Assembly: GCF_001194135.2 (NCBI RefSeq)
Contig: NC_068984.1
Coordinates: 132,330,779 to 132,394,778 of the forward strand
Direction: 5' to 3'
Source of the DNA: Octopus bimaculoides
Lineage: Eukaryota
DNA length: 64,000 bases
Shown here: positions 38,815 to 52,259 of the stretch, in pieces
Numbering within the stretch: position 1 is the stretch's first letter
Layout: every line of letters starts with the position of its first letter
Position numbers and translations under genes: made by a program
Notes under the pieces: model-generated
Seen by the model: the letters and a program-made list of their open reading frames with translations, nothing else
What the model was told of the DNA's origin: nothing
The model's database searches: none

Positions 38815-40230
38815 TTGGGGGGTGGTTGTNNNNNNNNNNTATTTGGGGGGTGGTTGTCCCCCCCCACACTGTGCTTGACAGTTAAGTTCAAGAAAAGGGA
38901 CTAATAGAATAAATACCCAGATTTTAAAAAATACTGGGGTCAATTTGTTTGACTAAATCCTTCAAGTTGGTACCCCAACATGGCCACTGTCCAATGACTG
39001 GAACAAATAAAAGAAAAGATAAAAAAGTGAATGTGAGTTTTGAATGGCAGATGTAAGTGTAACATAATTTTAGTTTTAACCTTCAACCTCAGATCAAATC
39101 ACCATCCAAGATTATTTAGTTATTGGTCTGTGAAATAAGATGTAATTGAAACAAAACACAGGTACTAAGTTTAGACCTTTTGATACAAAACCTGCCTGAG
39201 ACCACCTTTTGATCACATGTAAATAAATAGTAATAAATAAATGAATAAATTTATTAATCCAATTTACATTGAATATTTTTTAATTGATTATAATAAGTAA
39301 AGATTACACAAAAAAAAAATCTTTTTTTCAGAAATTGCATAAAAAATTGGATTAAGCCCTTTGGTTGTAAACCAGTTCACCTCTGTTTAGTTTGTGTCCT
39401 GTGTTACCAACATGCCATGTAATCCATATTTAAGTGCACATGTCTAAATTAATGGCAGTGAATTAGCAGTATTTGTTAAAACTTGGGATAGAATATATTA
39501 TGGTTATTCCTCTTGTGGTCGAATCTCACTGTGGTCAACTTTGCCTTTCACTCTCTCATGGATGATTAAGTACCAGTACTGGGATAAATAATTATTATTA
39601 AGGCAGTGAGCTGGCAGAAAAATCATTAGTACACAGGACAAAATGCTTGGCCACAGTCAAATGACTGAAACAAGTAAGAGTAAAAGAGTAATACTTTGTA
39701 AAATGGAACAAATAGTAGATTCATTGACACCAAACTCACAGCCCACAGCAGCAAAGCTTCCACCATCATGTAATTTCTTGATCATCTCTACCTTTCCCTG
39801 TAGAGAATACAGTCATCTACATTGTTTGTTAGAATCAGATGCCTTTGTATATTTTCTTTTCTCTGGTCCCATGTTGATTAGTACGAGTACATAAGATCTG
39901 TATAAAAAATATGCAGCCTTGCAGTACAGTCATGTAAACACAAATGATAATCAGTGCATTCTGGGTAGCTGAACATCGTGGGTGGTCGCTGGGGCAAGTT
40001 TTTGCAGTACAAGCAGATTCTTTGACTGATTGCCGACCCTACGCATAGCATGGTTCATAATTGAGTGTACCTTGTTATCCTACATCAGTGATGATGTGGC
40101 CACATGTATACACTACTATTCCTTAATCCTACTGTAACTGTGCAGTTAAGTGAACTATTGCATGCATGTGCAACTGTTAATCTCTTTTACCTTTCCATAT
40201 GTGTGTGTGTGTGTGTGTGTATACATATAT

Positions 40231-40299
<69 letters not shown>

Positions 40300-41528
40300 A
40301 ATTTAAGGATTGGAGAAAACGCATGTTATAATTGCATACTTTATTCCTACATATGTTTCAAAGGATTACAACCTGTGTGATCCATATTAAAATTGTAGCC
40401 TTCTCATCAGAGAAAGCATGGGAATCATCTTAAACGTAAGACATTATGATCGATTATGAAAACAATAGATGGATAAGGTTATGACTTGATTCATTTGAGA
40501 AAAACCGTTAGAGAATTGGACGCTGCCGGATAGTGGTTTGGACAACACATACCAATCAATGTGTAAGAGCGTACATGCAGTTTGAGGAAGGAAATAACAT
40601 AAGTGTTTGGCTTGATTATTCATGCTGCACATATGAGGTGCATCTAGGAATTTTATTATATATTGTGGGATTATGTGTTACCGAATTTTGAAGTATACGT
40701 AACAGATAAAGTAAAGGAAAGTCTAGTTCAGTCCCATGTTCTCAGCCTTCCTCTTGCTTACATGGAAGGGAAAACCTTTTATGATATCATAATTGTAACG
40801 TTATCTCTAACTTCTTAGTCATGATTAGTACAAGCGAAACCGGTCAGCTATGTAAATATTTTAGTTCATAAAAATATTTTGTCCAACATAAAATTTCAGT
40901 GCATTTTCCTTTTTATATTTTTCACTACAATTCACCACATGGGAAGGGACTGAATATTTTAGTGTGTGTGTGTGTGGTATTTGTGTTTTCATTCAAAAAT
41001 ACAGTACTCCATACGCATTGTGTTAAACGTGTGTTGAGTATTATTTCAGACTTCCCAATGAATATAATTAGTTTCATGAAACCTTTAAATATGACGGAGT
41101 GAATCCAGTTTAACAACACTCAAATGTGTGTGTGTGTTTTATATGTGAAGCTGTGTTATTTTCCCTTTGCTAAATTTGACATTGGCTTCTGTAATCTCTT
41201 AATTTTGAAATATGAGTGGAATCTAATTTTAACAGGTAGACTTAGGTATGCATTTATATTCTTTTCTTAAGGCTACACAATGACTGTAGTAAAGTTTTGA
41301 ACTCATGACCCATCATATTAACTTTATATCACTGAGTTTCATATTATATATATATTTGCCCATATACATCATCTTTACTCTACAGATCTTTCTTGTTTGC
41401 TTGTGTGCTCAGGTAGGTGTGTGGACAGTGGGGCTACATTAATAATTGTATTTTATTTTAAAAAAATATATAACTGCCTTTTTAAAACTGGTTTGCTAGC
41501 AGCTGTAACTATTATTTTGTTGTTTCAG

Positions 41529-41619
41529 GTCAAAGCTAAATTCCATGAGGTTTTCAATGCAGTTGTCATTCAGCTTGGATTAAGAGAGACTGAGTACTTT
41601 GGATTATCTCTTTTAAAAG
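41529..41619 (+). CDS. ex: Coding exon of expanded/FRMD6-like gene (VKAKFHEVFNAVVIQLGLRETEYFGLSLLK)
   Basis: Acceptor TTTCAG|GTC is phase 0, matching the previous exon. 91 nt. Donor AAAG|GTAACT, phase 1. LGLRETEYFGL is the classic FERM F1 motif. Confidence 0.9.
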
Positions 41620-42727
41620 GTAACTACAAAGAATATTGTTGAAGTCTTTATAGACACACATAGATATAAAAAGAGCACTTTTATTTCAACTGTTTCCAAA
41701 ACAAATATGTCCACAGCAGGTTATCATTTAAATAGATCCTATCAAAAGACAGGTTTCCTCAGAGATTTGTCTCTAAAATCTTTCTTAATTATTTTTTCCC
41801 TGTTTTTCATAGAATTTCAGCACTTCTTTATTTCTTTGTTTGCCATTGTGGTATAGGACAAAAATGTTCAGTATCAAAGCCAATCAGTGTCTAAAGAATA
41901 TGCTCCATTGTCAGGGTGGATTATGTTATGAATGGTCTTGTGCTGGGCTTGGATTGACACCAAATAGAGAATAGTAACATCTGTGAACAATCTAAATGAA
42001 ATGGTTAGTTTAAAAAAGAAAAAAAAAACAAAAAAAAAACGNNNNNNNNNNAACAATCTAAATGAAATGGTTAGTTTAAAAAAGAAAAAAAAAACACAAA
42101 AAAAACGATACATTTGTCATGGTCATTGTTTTTTTTTTTGCCTCATGTCATCCCTATTGAAGTAGACCTATAAATCAAAGCTATTCCAGTTTTGATCATC
42201 CCATTCTTTTCGCAGACACAGTGTCTAGGACTGCATTATCTGTCTTTTCTTTTGTAAATGCTAAGGTGTGATTTGAAGGATATTTGGCTACTATTTCTAG
42301 CAAATTGACTCATTACATATAGAAATTCTTTTGTTGGCTTATGGGAAGATATTTTTTAAGTAGTAATGATAATTATTTTATTTAGTCCATTTTGCAGGTC
42401 ACTGATCTGGTCTTTGTTCTGACAGAAATCTGATAGATCATACTTTAAAACTCAAAGACCTGAAATATAATCATTCTTAGAGAAAGTGCTGAGGCTTGTA
42501 GAAACGATACAAAATGGAGTTAGATGTTTCCCAGTTTTTCAGAATGTTTCTGTGTGTCCTGGCCAGGACAATGTAGCAAGAACAAAGACCAACAGAATGA
42601 AGCATTTTAGATTCAACTGAAAACTGAGAATGCTGCTACTGTTGATTAGGAAGTCATCAAGATGGTTATCGAATGGCAAAAAAGATCTGATTTGTGTTTC
42701 ATCACTTTGATCAAATAAACTTAAACC

Positions 42728-43105
42728 TTGGCCACAGTCCCTTTTATTTTTTCTTACTTGTTTCAGTCATTGGACTACTGCCATGACAGAGCATTACCAT
42801 GAAGAATTTAATCGAACAAATCAAACCCGATACCTATTTTCAAGTCTGGTACCCATTCTATCAATCCCTTTTGCCAAATTGCTAAGCTGTGGAGATGTAA
42901 GCAAACCAACATCAGTTGTCAAGCAGTATATGTGAGGGGGGATAAACACAAAAAACACACACACACACACACATAACAGGCTTGCACATAGTTCCCTTCT
43001 ACCAAATCCACTTCTAAGGTATTAGTCAGCCCAGGCCTGTAGTAGAAGACACTATCCCAAGGTGCAACACAGTGGGTTTGAACCTGAATCTACATGGTTG
43101 TGCAA
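42728..43105 (-). mobile_element. Family C SINE (intron)
   Basis: Recognisable tail 1, (CA)n and head. Further copies at about 17433-17600 (+), 38625-39025 (+), 45846-46205 (+, tail 2), 50355-50690 (-), 53355-53610 (-), 54065-54455 (-), 55425-55580 (+), 57015-57290 (+), 60060-60540 (+), 63485-63650 (-). Confidence 0.75.
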
Positions 43106-45405
43106 AGTGAGCTCCTGAATGACAGTTCCAAATTGTAATTAGGTGCCACAAGTACCAGAACTTAAGAGAAAGAATGGGATTTCCATGCTGTGACTGACTG
43201 ATGTCCCACTCAAGAATAGGTGCATGTTTCAACTAGTTAACTCCATGAGAACTAAAGCAAACTCCAGCGTCTTCCATTCTTTATCGTTAAACTGATGTTG
43301 CAGAAGGTTTCACCAAAAAAAAAGAAAAAGCTATTGTGAAGGAGGGTCAACTGAGCAGTGTTAACTGTAAAGTAAAACCTCTCACATTAGGTGGTCCATG
43401 ATTGAAAACATGAACAAAAAGTCAGTTGTTACACAGTTCAACATAAAAGAAAAAAGCATTTTAGATATTTATGAGGAATACACATAAAACCTAGTTCTGG
43501 GATCGAGGGTTTGTATTCTACTATTAAAACTGTTTTTGTTCTCTCCCTAGAGCCTCATGCTCTTGACAAAGGCTTTAACATCATAGCTTTCTATCTCTTT
43601 GACTTACAATATTTGGTTTCTTGCTTATGCTGCAATTACTATTATTATTATTATTATTATTATTATACTTAGTAGAATTCCTAGCACATCAGACAAGTTT
43701 TTTCATGGTATTTAGTTAGTAACAGCACTTTGTCTTCAGAGTTCAAATTCTGTCTGGGTTAGCTGTGCCTTTCATCTTTCCTGGGCTGATAAAATAAGTA
43801 CGGTTAAGTACTGGAGTTGGGAAGAGGGCAACATAATTAGCTACACATTTTCCCTAAAATTTGTGGCATTGTGCCAATGTAAGTTGCCATCATCATCATT
43901 AATAATAATAATAATAACAAAAAAAACAATAATAATAATGGTTCCAAGTTTTGGTACAAGGCCAACAATTTCAGTGGGAGTGGGTAAGTTGATTGCACCA
44001 GCCCCAATACTCAGCTGGTACTTAATTTTGTTGACTCTGAAAGGAAGAAAGGCAATGTTAACCTCGGCATTTGAATTCAGAATGTAAGGACAGACAAAAT
44101 GCCATTAAGCATTTTGCCTGGTATGCTAATGATTCTACCAGCTATTAATAATAATAATAACAATGCCATGAAAGACAGTCAATCTTGGTGGAATTTGAAC
44201 TCAGAGCCTGAAGAGGGGTGAAATGCTGTGAAGCATTTTACCTAGCAATCATTGACCTTGATTCTTTTAGAATTTAAAATTCAGTACTTCTTCATTTTAA
44301 TTTTGAATATCCTACTAGAATATATCTCCCTATCGTTCTCAGGCATTTATGAAATAATCACCAGCGATAATATAATTTAAATTAATGTTAATATATACTA
44401 ATTCCTGTACATTGTTATTCATATAAAAGAAAATAGCTTTGTATCTTACTGGTTGTTATTGTTGCTTAACCCCTACTTTTTTTTCTTCAAGTGGGTAGAG
44501 TGTAAGATTTGAGATGGATTTGGTTGCTATTTCTTGCAGCTCATGCAACATAGGCTTGCTTTGGTTTCTGGTGATGATCAACAATTGATAGTATTTAAAG
44601 TGAGCGAAGTATAATGGTGTTTGAAGTAATTGTGGGTGTAGCATCTGTGCGAGTGTGCGCTGAGAAAGACAGGTGGGAAGGAATTACAAGTGTAAACCTT
44701 TCCAGCTTAGCAAAGAAAATGAATACGATGGATTATGATGATGATAATCATGTTGTCGTCATCATTCCTCCTCCTCCTCATCATCATCATCATAACTCTT
44801 CTCCAGTTTCATCAAAGATTTCCAAAACATATTTCTGGCATCTTCTTCGTTTACTGTTGTTTCTACAATATACATTATACCATTCTGTTGAGCCGTTAGC
44901 ATGCTATGACTCATTGGAGCCTCACTCAGGTAGGAGACATCGTAAATCAGATACACATGTAAAAATACTCCTTCATCAGTTTGGAGTCTTCTGCAGAAGT
45001 CAAAATGCTACTGTTAATGCTATTTTCCTGCTAAACTTGTTTGATTTAAACAAGTGGAACTAGCTTTTGTTTTTTCATCTTTCTCTCTCACACATCTGTC
45101 TGTCTGTCTGTCTCTCTCTCTGTATGCCTATTTGTTTCTATGTCTGCCATCTTTGCCTGCCTATCTGTCTGTCTAGCCATCCATCCAGCTGTCATTAGAA
45201 TTTAGAAACTCCAAGAGACATAGAATAATTCAATTTTAACAGTGGATCTCAAAAGTAGAAAAAGCCATAAATAACAGCATGTACATAGTGGGTTAAAAGG
45301 CTTTTGGGATAGGAAAAAGAAGGCTGCTCTTGGGACATAGACTCACATCTTCTGTAAACAAACTTCTTGGAGTTCTACTTTATAAAACTAATTATATAGC
45401 TGTGT

Positions 45406-45555
45406 GGAGGCGCAGGCATGGCTGTGTGGTAAGAAGCTTACATGGTTATAGGTTCAGTTCTACTGCGTGGCACCTTGGGCAAGTGCCTTACTGTGGCCTC
45501 TGGCCAACTAAAGTCTTGTGAGTGGATTTGGTAGACAGAAACTGAAAGAAACCTG

Positions 45556-45627
<72 letters not shown>

Positions 45628-45840
45628 CTGTTTCTGTCTGTTTGTTCCCCCATCGTCGCTTGACTACCAGTGTTGGTGTGTTTGCATCCTTGTAACTTAG
45701 AGGTTGGGCAAAAGAGACTGGTAGACTAAGTACCAGGCTTAAAAAGAAAAGAAGTACTAGAGTTGATGCATTTGACTAAAAATTCAAGGCAGTACCCCAA
45801 CATGGCTACCGTCAAATGACTGAGACAAGTAAAAGATAAG
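45406..45840 (+). mobile_element. Full family C SINE (CORE-like head, (TA)n/(TG)n, tail 1)
   Basis: GCATGGCTGTGTGGTAAGAAGC...GTGGCACCTTGGGCAAGTG (resembles the CORE motif GTGACCTTGGGCAAGTC), then a long (TA)n and tail 1. Confidence 0.85.
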
Positions 45841-47352
45841 CTACATGGTAAGAAGTTTGCTTCCTAACTACATGGTTCTGGATTCAGTCTCGCTGAAGCC
45901 TTGTAAGTGGATTTAGTTGAGGGAAACTGAGAGAAGCCTGTTTGTGTGTGTGGGGGGGAGTGAGTGTATACATTTTGCTGTCTCCTTGTCTTGACACCAT
46001 GTAATAGTTGTAAATGAATGCCATTGTCATACAAACAGTATCATTCATTTTTGATATTCTTTGAGAATATGTCTGGCCATGGGGAAACATTACCTTGCTT
46101 GGAAACAGGGAAATGTTGGCTACAGGAAAAGCATCTAGCTGTGGAAAATCTGCCTCAAACTCCATTTGACCCATGCAAGCACGGAAAGTAGACATGAAAA
46201 TGATATATATGTATAAACACAAAACTATTGCCAGCTGATAATATGATTAATGAGTTTGTTTGATTTGTGTTAGACTATTTAGTGAATGGCATCATCATCA
46301 TCATCATCCAATCTTCTTTGCATCTAGAATTACTGCTTGTTTGCTACAGGTCTTTGAGATCTGACCACATAACCTTCCTTCAATGTTAGGTTACATTTAC
46401 CCCCATGTACCAATATTTAATACAGGCTGTTATCTTTTACTTGGCAACTGCATCTGTATCGAGGAAATGATTAACAGTTCAGATTCCATGACATTTGAGA
46501 TATTTTATCTTGTCCATTCCATGACTTCTGCTGAATTTTTGACCTCAACCACTGGGATGGGCTGGGTTAAACTTAAAAATCAGCTATATGATCAACCAAA
46601 TTTTCTTCTCTAAATTTATTACTTGTGTAATGCATGTATTTATTTGTCTGTAGGTCTTGACCTGCTGACTGATGTATGAGCACCAGTGTCTGGCATCTTA
46701 AAGCATGCGAGAGATGGGATTGTTTTGGCAATTATAGAAACGGGTAGTACTTCTGATATTCTGCTTCACTGTCTAGTATTTAAGTGCCTTTCAGAGAAAA
46801 TATTACAAGCATTTGGATCATGTTTCTTCCCTATCTATGGATTTTTACAAACATTGATCAGCAGAAGGTCTGGTTAGGCATTAGTCACATCAATCTTGAT
46901 AGCCTTGGAGAGATTATAAGCACCTATCCTCTTCTTGTGGTTAAGTTATATAAGAAAATCATTTTGAAGATTTACAGAACACATTACTAAGTTATTAGCT
47001 TAGAGAAGAATTCTAGTCAAACTTCACTCTATGAAATCGATGTAAGGATAGACATACTTTGTGCCTCTAGTGTTTGGAATTGATTCCCACCATTGGAATA
47101 TTGTGATATTATTTGAGCAGGCTGAAAAGAAGGTGACAAAGTGTTTGTGCATATAGCTTATATATATTTGCATGAGTTGTGTAAGTTAATGTGTATTGAT
47201 GGGATATTAGACATTATAAGCACTTAACATAAAATAGAAAAGAGCAACCAACCAGACCCATTGGTAGCTGGTAGAATTATTGATTAAATCATGTATCTTC
47301 TGAAATGTAATGTATGAATTGTGTCTATTATTTTAAATGTACTGTTTTATAA

Positions 47353-47726
47353 GTTGAGGCGCAATGGCCCAGTGGTTAGGGCAGCGGGCTCGCGGTCATA
47401 GGATCGCGGTTTCGATTCCCAGACCAGATGTTGTGAGTGTTTATTGAACGGAAACACCTAAAAGCTCCACGAGGCTCCGGCAGGGGATGGTGGCGAACCC
47501 TGCTGTACTCTTTCCCCACAACTTTCTCTCACTCTTACTTCCTGTTTCTCTTGTGCCTGTAATTCAAAGGGTCACACTGTGTCACGCTGAATATCCCCGA
47601 GAACTACGTTAAGGGTACACGTGTCTGTGGAGTGCTCAGCCACTTGCACGTTAATTTCATGAGCAGGCTGTTCTGTCGATCGGATCAACTGGAACCCTCG
47701 ACGTCGTAAGCGACGGAGTGCCAACA
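47353..47726 (+). mobile_element. Full-length, CpG-rich (young) family A SINE
   Basis: Same family. 12-bp TSD ACTGTTTTATAA at 47341-47352 and 47727-47738. Confidence 0.92.
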
Positions 47727-49354
47727 ACTGTTTTATAAATCACCAGTCACTTGAGTGCCACCTTGTTCAGCATAGCAAGGTAGGTGTCCAGCCTTAATAC
47801 AATTAGAAATGAAAATAACCCCATGAAGTCAAAATGAAGAATGTGACAGGAATGGAGAAAACCCAGTCTAGTGATAATATTGAAGTCCCAGCTTTGAATA
47901 CATCACATGCACACACACAATACTAGAGAGTTTGTCTGGAAAAATTAGTTTCTATAGATGGAAGGTTACATAGAATTTTCTCCATTAGTTAATTTTCTTT
48001 GCTTGTGTTTTGCAGGTTAGAACTGTCTTTTAGAAGCTACTTTGTATGTGTTTATTATTGTCCTAAAAATTAGAACATAGAATATGTAATTTCAACACTG
48101 CAGAGAATGATTTGATAGAAACTTTAGCTGTTGTTTACAGTATCTTCTCTACACAACCAGGTCTCCATTTCCCAAACCCCTACTGTGTCACACTTCACCC
48201 AGTTTTTACTCCCTGTAATTGCAACCCTCTAGAATTTCCTCCCCACCCACGTTCTTCCTGCACACATCATCCTTCAGATGTTGAAACTAAATTTCTATCT
48301 TACCAATCTAGGAAAGGCCTGCATTGATTATGGACACTGTCCTGCTTTCATTATTTATTATTATGAAAGAAAAAAAAAGAAAGCAAAACTTGCAAAGCTC
48401 ATCTATCAGCTGCAACAAGGAAATTTACCTTTTCTAAATTTCTTCTTACCATTTTATTTTTAGAAGTAATGCAAAAACCATTTTCTACTCGCTAAAATAA
48501 TTCTTTCATTGATTTCTGATATAATTTCTGATATTGTGCAAGGGCAGGAGATAAAATGGCATTTTTTTTCCATCTAGAAGAGACTGAGGGAGTGGGAGCA
48601 GGGGACATTCTTTCATTCTTTATATAGAAACTGGGTACATTTTCTGCCCCCTTCTGACTGTTCATCAGTGAGAATAGTATTACATTTTCAGTTAGAGAAG
48701 GGAGCTGGAGTTATTTTTAGCTAAATGGTAGGTAAGGGCTTGGTGTTATGATTATTCTGTTATTTGATTACTTAGTTCCTGTATTATGTTATAGTAGTTG
48801 CCTGTGTCTGATACCTGGTTAGCCCTAATACACCAGATTTATAATCAAAACCATTCCACCAATGAATTTCCCTTTCTAAAACATTGCATCTCACACTATC
48901 TAATGTGCCTTTTCATTAAAAAAAGAATTGTGATTATTATAAGCAGATTAGACATGTTGTGTATTTTATATAAAGTTATAATAGTTATAACATGTTTTAT
49001 TGAATTTATCTTTTCTGTGTAATCATATTTGTCTGTAAAATGGCAATGTGCACTGTTCAATATTGTGATATAGAACATTATTGTAGATAGTAGTATCATT
49101 TGGTCAAGTGTTTTAATTTCTATATATCTGTGGTACATATATATTTTTCCACAATATATTGTTGTTGTCTATAAAATATATTATATGTATCTCATATGAT
49201 ATCTATATAGTGATTCTTTCTTTCTCATTATGTGAGTAGTGTAATATTTGTATCTGTCATATCACACCAGAACAGCAAATGTGTAGAAATTGTTTTGGTA
49301 TAGAGTGTAGAATTCCTTTGTTCTGAATTATATCAGTTACAGTGGCTTCTCTCG

Positions 49355-49745
49355 TTAGGAGTATATCTGTACGGTAGCTGTGGCTGGAGTATGTCTGTAC
49401 TATAGAAGTGTATATGTACAGTAGTTGCTGTTGTCAGGAGTATGTCTATGCAGTCGCTACTATCGTTGGGAGTACCATATTTAATCATTCTTAAATTGCA
49501 CTCCTAATTTAGTGTAAATCCTGATACAAACTTTTTCTCTTCATAGTTTTAGCTTTGCTCATGTAAAAGTTGTACACCAGATTCATTTCAGTTAAAATCA
49601 AATATAAAATAGTGTGATTGTATACAATCTACTGTTTTGGGGGAGTATATCTGTACTGTAGCTGCAGTTGTTGGGAGTATATCTGTGCAGTAGCTGTTGG
49701 TGTCAGGAGTATATATCTACACAACAGCTGCTGCTGTTCATAGGA
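49355..49745. repeat. Two clusters of a degenerate ~30-33-bp repeat (GGAGTATATCTGTACxGTAGCTG...)
   Basis: GGAGTAT(A/G)TCT recurs several times at 49358-49475 and 49640-49740. Confidence 0.7.
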
Positions 49746-50079
49746 TGTCAGTACAGTGTCTAATAGTGCAGTGGCCATATTAATGTAACCTGTATAATAC
49801 CTCACAATACAATGCTAGCAGCTGAAGATGAACCAGTCAACCAGTGTATTGTTGTACCAACCAACTCAGTAGCCATAGTGATGTATGTATGAAACGGGGC
49901 AGCAGCTGCCCTATTTAATGCCAGCAGGCAATGGAGTAGAAACTAAAGACTGTCAGTAGCAGCCACTAGTCACAGAACTACTTACATTCCCAGACATGAT
50001 GACTTCACTAGTCTGAATAGTTATCCTGCTGATATCACTGGCTATCTCATAGAATCTCCCATAGATGTGGTATATGTTT

Positions 50080-50114
<35 letters not shown>

Positions 50115-50758
50115 AGCCAGCCTTGCTCTGTCTGGTGTAATTAGTATCACTTTCACAGCCTGATACTTGATGTGAGACCTGGCTTCTGTTTTTCTGTGCA
50201 AGGTTCAGCAGTGGATGCCAAGTTAATAACTAGTTTCACCTGGATTTTTCAGAAATCTTGTTTCACACCACCTGTAAAAAAAAAATCTGTAGTGATGGTG
50301 GTGGTGGTCATCATGGTGATGTTAGTAATGGTGGTACTACTATTCTTTTATTTTTTTTTTATTTGTTTCAGTTTTTGGACTGTGGCCATGCTGGGATACC
50401 ACCATGAAGTATTCAGTCTAACAAATTGAGCCCAGTACTCATTTTTTAAAATCTGGTACTCATTTGACTGGTGTCTTTTACTGAACTGCTAGGTTATGAG
50501 AACATAAACAAACCAACACCAAATGTCAAGCAGTGGTGGGGGTACAATCACAAAGACACACACATACATATGATGGGCTTCCACACAGTTTACATCTACT
50601 AAATTCCTTCACAAAGAATTGGTTGGCCCAGGGTGAAAGTAGAAAATATTTTCCCGAGGTGTCACGCAGTTGGACTGAGCCACACAGTTGTGTCTGCACC
50701 TACTGTTGAGTTGCCCAAATTGAGAAGATATATGGAATTTAAGCAGTCAGTAAAATAA

Positions 50759-51008
50759 CTGGGTATTATTTGCAGATCCTGGGTATTATTTGCAGATCCT
50801 GGGTACTATGTGCAAATTCTGGGTACTATGTGCAAATTCTGGGTACTATGTGCAAATTCTGGGTACTATGTGCAAATCCTGGGTTCTATTTGCAAATCCT
50901 GGGTTCTATTTGCAAATCCTGGGTACTATTTGCAAACCCTTGGTACTATTTGCAGATCCTGGCTACTATTTGCAGATCCTGATTACTATTCACAGATCCC
51001 GGCTACTA
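50759..51008. repeat. 20-bp minisatellite, about 12.5 copies (CTGGGTACTATTTGCAGATC variants)
   Basis: Exact 20-nt periodicity from 50761 to 51001. It explains the three overlapping repetitive ORFs in the track. Confidence 0.95.
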
Positions 51009-52158
51009 GTTAATTGAGGACCACATGCCATACTCCAAAGGATACTCAGTGTTTTATGGCTATGGTGTGGCAGTTGGTATGTGTTGTATTCTCTTCACTA
51101 TCTATCTTGTTTATGTGAAGCCATTGTTGTTTCTTAGTCCTGATTGAGCTGACCAATGTTCAATGGTAGTTCAGACATAACCTTCTTTTATAGAATCATG
51201 TCAGTATACATTATCTAATCGATCCGTCCCTTTTCGAAGACACCTGGTTTTGATTTTAGGCTCCTAATTCTAGCACCAGAGTGGGAAAGACATGCAGTTT
51301 TCTGCTCTTACATCTAGTGATTGTACGTCCTGAATCAATATTTAGAACTAATAAAGTTGATCCCCAGGCTGGTTTTAATCAAGTAAACCTATCATTGTTA
51401 GTCCAGTCAGGACCATCTTCATTTTAGAAGTATAGTACCTAGAACTATATTATGTAGTATGTCCTTCCCTATTTTCAAAGTAAATATTGTATAGTTTGGG
51501 TAAGATGTAGCTGTTATTTCTAACGAGTTTATTGACAATAAAGAAATTTCCCTGTTTGGTCAGGCTATTGAGGAGGTTCTTAATGTTGTTGCTATTTTTG
51601 TGTTTGTCGAGAACTTTGAGCAATAGTTTTAAGAGAGCGTCATAGTAATGTTCTGAGTATTGGTGGAGTGATAACCCAGCATGTGCTAGGAGTTGTACTT
51701 GCTGCTGCAACATCCATTGTTCTTGTCCACCTTGGTCTTTAATTTTGGTTTCTATTTTGTAGGTTGACTACAGTTGTTGTCTTGTACAGCCTGTGATAAT
51801 GTCAAGTACATTATTTTGTGATTTGAGATAGTGGCCTTAATCTATTTTTTTATTGGTATTACGTATTTGTTGGAAAAATGGGGTCTCTCTGAATGCTTAC
51901 AGTGCATTTGTGTATCGTACTGTTTTCTTAATGTCTTCTGTGTCCTTAATGTCTTCTGTGTCCTGGAAGATGTCACATTCATAATACTTGGTGCTTTTAT
52001 CTTTTGTCTGCCTGTTTTGTGTTTACACTGTTCAATGTTATGGTTGGTTGCATTTGATGCTCTTTAATAGTGATTATGGACAGTTAGGGTGTAGTTGTGC
52101 AGCAGTTGTTTTTCAATAGAGGCAGTGACTCTGTCATTTACCTGTAAGACTCTCTCCC

Positions 52159-52259
<101 letters not shown>

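Noticed and set aside
41986-42108. Apparent 56-bp tandem duplication around a 10-N gap; same pattern at 38810-38857
   Set aside because: The identical sequence sits on both sides of a fixed-size gap and differs only in homopolymer length. This is typical of unmerged contig or haplotype overlap.
44614-45063. 149-aa ORF with DDD/PPP/HHH runs
   Set aside because: It is built from GAT/CCT/CAT triplet microsatellites, with no domain similarity or convincing splice context.
50770-51017. Three overlapping repetitive ORFs
   Set aside because: These are translations of the 20-bp minisatellite.
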